64,000 bases of DNA, taken from NCBI RefSeq assembly GCF_000142905.1, contig NW_013657658.1, forward strand, positions 392,872 through 456,871, in the 5' to 3' direction. Below the pieces are notes generated by a model. The model ran no database searches. It was given only the letters and a program-made list of their open reading frames with translations, and was not told the DNA's origin. A program made the translations under genes and the position numbers. Position 1 is the first letter of the stretch, and every line of letters begins with the position of its first letter. Source of the stretch: Thecamonas trahens ATCC 50062 (taxonomy: Eukaryota > Protista > Apusomonadida). Shown here piece after piece: positions 58,548-64,000 of the stretch.

Positions 58548-61500
58548 TTATGGGTGGCGGCGGAGGATAAAGGGGGAGCGATTGGAGAATACAGCGAGGA
58601 GGCAATCGGTATCAGAGGGGTGGGGGGTGGAGAGGCCGGTTTGGTCGGCAATGGTGATGCGGGTGGAGTTGTTGCGTGGGTGGGTGGAGGTGGAGTGGGG
58701 GGCGTGGAGCCAGAAGGAGGAAGGGTGGCGGGCGTGGAGGGTGTAGCCGGTGGGGGAAGGGTGCCACTTGAACGTCTCGTCTGCGTCTGAGTGGGAGACC
58801 AGGTCAGGCAGCTGGCCATCCGCACTCGGCAGCGCAATCACACCCTGCACAGACTTGGTGTGGCCCCCCAGAACCTCACACGAGGCACTGTCCGCGGTGT
58901 ACCGCATGGTACCCGTGCCGTCGTCCGCAGGATGCCACACCCGGATCGTGTTGTCCCCGACCACGAGACCAGGACGGGCAGCTGGCCATTCGCACTCGGC
59001 AGCGCAATCACACCATTCACACCGCTGGTGTGGCCCTCCAGCACCTCACAGGAGGCACTGTCCGCGGTGTACCACACGGCGCCTGTCCCGTCGTCTGCAG
59101 CATGCCACACCCGGATCGTCCTGTCCCACGACCACGAGACCAGGACAGGCAGCTGGCCATGCGCACTCGGCAGCGCAATCACACCCTGCACACCGCCGGT
59201 GTGGCCCTTCAGAACCTCACAGGAGTCCCTGTCCGTGGTGTACCGCATGGCGCCCGTCCCGTCGTCCGCAGGATGCCACACCCGGACCGTCTTGTCCTCT
59301 GACCACGAGACCAGGACAGGCAGCTGCGCAATCACACCCTGCACACACTTGGTGTGGCCATCCAGCACCTCACAGGAGTCCCTGTGCGCGGTGTATCGAA
59401 TGGCGCCCGTCCCGTCGTCCGCAGCATGCCACACCCGGATCGTGTTGTCCCACGACCACGAGACCAGGACAGGCAGCTGGCCATGCGCACTCGGCAGCGC
59501 AATCACATCCCGCACACCGTAGGTGTGGCCCTTCAGCACCTCACAGGAGGCACTGTCCACGGTGTACCGAATGGCGCGCGTCCCGTTGTCCGCAGCATGC
59601 CACACCCGGATCGTCTCGTCCCCCGACCACGAGACCAGGACAGGCAGCTGGCTGTCCGCACTCGGCAGCGCAATCACACCCTTCACATTGCCGGTGCGGC
59701 CCTCCAGCACCTCACAGGAGGCACTGTCCGCGGTGTACCGCATGGCGTCTGTCCTGTCGTCCGCAGCATGCCACACTCGGATCGTGTCGTCGCTAGACCA
59801 CGAGACCAGGAAGGGCAGCTGGCTATCCACACTCGGCAGCGCAATCACACCCCGCACAAGGCTGGTGTGGCGCTTCAGCACCTTACAGGAGGCACTGTTC
59901 GCGGTGTACCGCATGGCGCCCATCCCGTTGTCCGCAGGATGCCACACCCGGATCGTCCCGTCGGCCGACCACGAGACCAGGACAGGCAGCTGGCCATCCA
60001 CACTCGACAGCGCAATCACCCCCCCCACATTGCCGTCGTGGCCCTTCAGCACCTCACAGGAGTCCCTGTTCGCGGTGTACCACATGGCGCCCGTTCCGTC
60101 GTCCGCAGGATGCCACACCCGGATCGTCCCGTCGAACGACCACGAGACCAGGACAGGCAGCTGGCCATCCACACTCGACAGCGCAATCACCCCCCCCACA
60201 TTGCCGTCGTGGCCCTTCAGCACCTCACAGGAGTCCCTGTTCGCGGTGTACCGCATGGCGCCCGTCCCGTCGTCCGCAGCATGCCACACCCGGATCGTGT
60301 CGTCGAGCGACCACGAGACCAGGACAGGCAGCTGGCCATCCGCACTCGGCAGCGCAATCACACCCTGCGCACCGTAGGTGTCGCCCTCCAGCACCTCACA
60401 GGAGTCCCTGTTCGCGGTGTACCGCATGGCGCCCGTCCCGTCGTCCGCAGCATGCCACACCCGGATCGTCTTGTCCTCCGACCACGAGACCAGGACAGGC
60501 AGCTGGCCATCCGCACTTGGCAGCGCAATCACACCCTTCACATACATGGTGTGGCCATCCAGCACCTCACAGGAGTCCCTGTTCGCGGTGTACCGCATGG
60601 CGCCCGTCCCGTCGTCCGCAGCATGCCACACCCGGATCGTCCCGTCGAACGACCACGAGACCAGGACAGGCAGCTGGCCATGCGCACTCGGCAGCGCAAT
60701 CACACCCCGCACATCGCCGGTGTGGCCCTCCAGCACCTCACAGGAGTCCCTGTTCGCGGTGTACCGCATGGCGCCCGTCCCGTCGTCCGCAGGCCACACC
60801 CGGATCGTCTTGTCCTCCGACCACGAGACCAGGACCGGCAGCTGGCCATCCGCACTCGGCAGCGCAATCACACCCTCCACATCGCTGGTGTGGCCCTCCA
60901 GCACCTCACAGGAGGCACTGTACGCGGTGTACCGTATGGCGCCCGTCCCGTCGTCCGCAGCATGCCACACCCGGATCGTGTTGTCTCTCGACCACGAGAC
61001 CAGGACAGGCTGCTGGCCATCCGCACTCGGCAGCGCAAGAACACCATTCACACAGTCGGTGTGGCCCTCCAGCACCTCCACGCGTTCACCAGTTAGCACG
61101 TCAAGTACGTCCACATTATCCTTACATCCACCAGCAACCAGTGAGCCACCGATGTTGATGACTTTTTCGTACGAGCCAACAAAGCGAAAGCGCTCAGCAC
61201 CACGATGCGTGACAGGGTCCACGGCTCTCGATGGAATGAAAGCCTTAGACGAGGCATCTTTGCTCACAGCAGCAACCAGGTCCTTCACGGCTTTGGACGC
61301 CTTGCCATAGGCAAGTCGGGCGACAAGCTCGGTCTCGACGTGCGACGTACCGCTCTCAATGATCTCGCGTGAGAGCGACAGCGCACGCTCAACCTCGTCA
61401 ACGTCTTTGACTCCTTCACAGCCAAGGCGCACAACACAACGCAGATCATTGAGGAGGCCACCAAGCGAGTCGTCTGCGCGGGCTTTCATCCACGGCCAGG

Positions 61501-63619
61501 AGAGAGCAACCGCAACGGCAGCATGGTTCGCTCCGGCTGCAATCAGGTGTGAAATACCGTGGGTGACGATCCAATTGGAGGCAGTGCCAGAGGTCATGGT
61601 CTCCCTAGCGGACTCTGGTGTGGCGCCAGGCGGAGGCACCCCGGCGACAACGGCGAGGTGACGGGCAGGAAGGGAAGGGATGTCGTCAAAGCACACCTCT
61701 AGCCGATGGCGAATGTACTCGAGGTGCAGATCGTGCAGCTCGACTACGGTTATGGAGCCGCCATCCGCGGCAACGACGCGCAGCAACGACGTGTTGGCGA
61801 GGGCATCGAGGGCCCTAGCAAACTTGATATTGCTTGCGTCGATCGCGGAGCGGAAGTTGGCGACGTCGATGGGCGCGTCTGATGGAAAGACGGCGAGCAT
61901 GGCGTAAATAGCCCGCGCCACCTTGCGGACACGCTTGAGGATGGCACCGCCGAGGGTCCAAGTGATGATGTCGAAAATGTGGGCGTACTTGGCGTCCGAT
62001 CCGCCGCAATCATCGCGGTGCTCATCCATGGCAAGCTCAGTTGCATCTGCAGCGTCCTCAAAAGCGTCGTCAAGCGCAGCCTCGCCAGAAATGGACGAGC
62101 CAAGGACGGCGAGGGCGAGGGCATGGCCACGGCAAAAGGTCGCGAGGGAGACGATGCGGGGATCGTCGAGAGCAAGGGTGATTGCCCACTCAGGTGAGCC
62201 CTTGGCGAGGTAGTTGCGAAGGACAACAGCAGCGTCGTCCGGGGCAAAGGTACCAAGCTCGATGGAGGAGGCGGAGTTGGTAGCAACAGCGGCGTTACGC
62301 GAGGTGACGAGGACGGCATGCGGGGCTGCGATGTGGTTGGTGAAGACGGAGGCCTGGCGGGTGGTCCACGCGTCGTCGAGGATGAGCAGGATGCGGGTGC
62401 CGGCGGCGGCGAGGGCCCGGGTCTTGGCAGCAAGAATGGGTTGGAGGTCATTGAGGCCAGCTTGTGCATCGATTGCGCAACCGAGGCCTTGCTTCAGGAA
62501 GTAGGACATGCGGCTGGCAATGGCGATGGGAGATGTCTTGTCCTCACCGAGAGGGAGCCAGAAGACGGAGAAGACCGAGGTGATGGCGGGGTGGATGGCG
62601 ACATCGGCAGCGAGTGACGACTTGCCGACGCCACCGAGCCCGTTGACACCGACGACTGAGACGTTGTTCGCACCAAGAAGGACATTAATGACCGCAGCGC
62701 GAGTGTCAGGGAGCGGGTAGTACTCGGATGGGTTAGGTGGCGGCGGCATGAGTAAAGGCAAACGCTCAATAGAGCAAGAGTCGCGCAAGACATCGACGAC
62801 AGCGACTGCAACGCGGGAGACGAGATCGGAAAAGCTGTCGTGGCCGTTACGGTCGCCCTGGACGCACCCCCACTCAAGCAGCGAGTGTATGAGCTTGACT
62901 CGTTCACAGCGCGAGTAGTACCATGCTTTCACGTTCGGGTCCTCAGAGTGTTCAGCCTTGTGGACAGCACCCTTGGCGTGAGCAAGATCACCAAAGGCAG
63001 CGATAAGGTCAGGGCCAATCCAAGCCTTAGCCTGCTCCTCATGCACGGCGCCGGTGACACGCTCAATGATGTCGGCGTCAGCGAGCCGGGCATCCCCCCA
63101 AACGCTATTGAACGGCAGGGCTTCATGCATGAAGACAGGGATGATGACGGGGTTATTGTCGAGGGCAAAGCGCACCTCTTCCATGGCAAAGCCCGAGGCG
63201 AGGAGATAGGGCGAGACTGAAATAACAATGATGCGTGAGCCCTCAAGAAGGGCATGCACGTCGTCCATGCCACTGCACCTGACGCCGAACCAGTCCAGCC
63301 TGTCCACAAACGCCCTGACACCACGTTGTAAGAGCTCCCGCCGAACGTCGATCATGAAAGCCTTGTCGTGCGAGCCATGCGCGAGAAATACGTCATACTT
63401 CTTGATGGGGGGCGGCTTGATCGTAGAAGATGGACCGGCTGGTGACGATGACGTCGCTTCAATTAGCATGTTCTGGGGGACTGCGGAGGAAGGGGTGGCC
63501 GAGCTGGCCGAGCTGGCGTTGGCGGTGAGCAGCGGGCGGGGGCGCTTGGCAGAACCCTGCTGCACTGGTGCGTGTGCAGGGCGCGGGGGGTCCCCTGTGT
63601 TCCCTGGGGCGGGGTCCAT
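58548..63619 (-). CDS. TIR - NB-ARC - WD40 (NLR/Apaf-1-like STAND) protein, intronless, about 1,690 aa, with one apparent 1-nt frameshift at ~58956
   Basis: TIR: YDVFLAHGSHDKAF...GVRAFVD...SRIIVISVSPYLLASGFAMEEV...IIPVF. NB-ARC: Walker A GLGGVGKS, Walker B ILLILDDAW, VLVTSRN, GLPL-like CRGHALAL, MHD-like LHDL. An Apaf-1-like helical segment (HGISHLIAAG...SWPWMKAR) is followed by 14 WD40 repeats. The last 1.5 repeats and tail continue in ORF 58548..58964. Confidence 0.9.
58760..61080 (-). repeat. 14 near-identical 171-bp (57-aa) tandem WD40 repeats
   Basis: Consensus EVLxGHTxxVxGVIALPSADGQLPVLVSWSxDxTIRVWHAADDGTGAMRYTAxxxSC. DNA-level identity is obvious (e.g. ccacgagaccaggacaggcagctggcc recurs every ~171 bp). 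Repeat 2 has a 3-nt in-frame deletion and repeat 11 an 18-nt in-frame deletion. Confidence 0.95.
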
Positions 63620-64000
63620 GGGCACAGTGAGAGGGGTGTGCGGAGTGTGCGGAGTGTGCGTTGCGTGTGACGGCGAGTGCGACAGGCGGCGTTTGGGCGA
63701 TTTTTTGGATATCGGGCGAGTGCCGGGGGAAGGGCCGGGGGAGAAGGTATGATTATTTCAATGAGAGTTAATTGATGGGGTTGGGCATGATTAATTGAAC
63801 GAGAAATGATTGATGTGGTGATGGTGGGGTCAGGGGGTGGGTGCATGCATGCAAGGAGGGTGTGTAGTTGGGCAAAAAGAAGACAGAATGCGTTACTCGG
63901 TATTCCCGTGTGGTCCCCCACCACAGTACTAACCAAGCCTCATGCTGCTTGACTTCCGAGAGCGAGACGGGATCGGGTATTTTCAGCATAGGATGAACGC

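Noticed and set aside
58760-61080. Regular ~171-bp repeats with variable segments resembling a CRISPR array
   Set aside because: The repeats are in-frame WD40 coding units. The variable parts are a few codons rather than unique spacers, there are no cas genes, and the context is eukaryotic.
59354-61310. Repetitive plus-strand ORFs (580, 284, 310 aa)
   Set aside because: Antisense translations of the WD40 array.

Overview
GC-rich, intron-poor eukaryotic nuclear DNA. It has short spliceosomal introns with CTCAC branch-like motifs, CYP51 and FIG4 orthologues, and two N gaps. The overall style suggests a unicellular protist such as an apusomonad (Thecamonas-like), but that is an inference. From left to right: (1) the 3' part of a multi-pass membrane protein (Ser-Pro linker, 2 sushi, 2 filamin-Ig, Cys-rich, multi-TM); (2) sterol 14-alpha-demethylase CYP51 with a spliced N-terminal anchor exon; (3) the phosphoinositide phosphatase FIG4; (4) a convergent Val/Glu/Pro-rich articulin/alveolin-like gene; (5) a small NB-ARC relic; (6) about 44.5 kb on the minus strand that the ORF track breaks into nine pieces but which reads as one gene of about 14,600 aa (signal peptide, IPT/TIG array, very long GGA/FxxN beta-helix, Cys-rich, multi-TM, Ser-rich tail), interrupted by eight single-base, same-direction frameshifts; (7) a vWA protein; (8) a degenerate protein kinase; (9) an intronless TIR-NB-ARC-WD40 NLR-like gene with 14 near-identical 57-aa WD40 repeats that vary almost only at predicted ligand-binding positions. 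All 11 frameshifts found in the window are one base short, mostly in G/C runs. This most likely reflects homopolymer sequencing error, but it should be tested.
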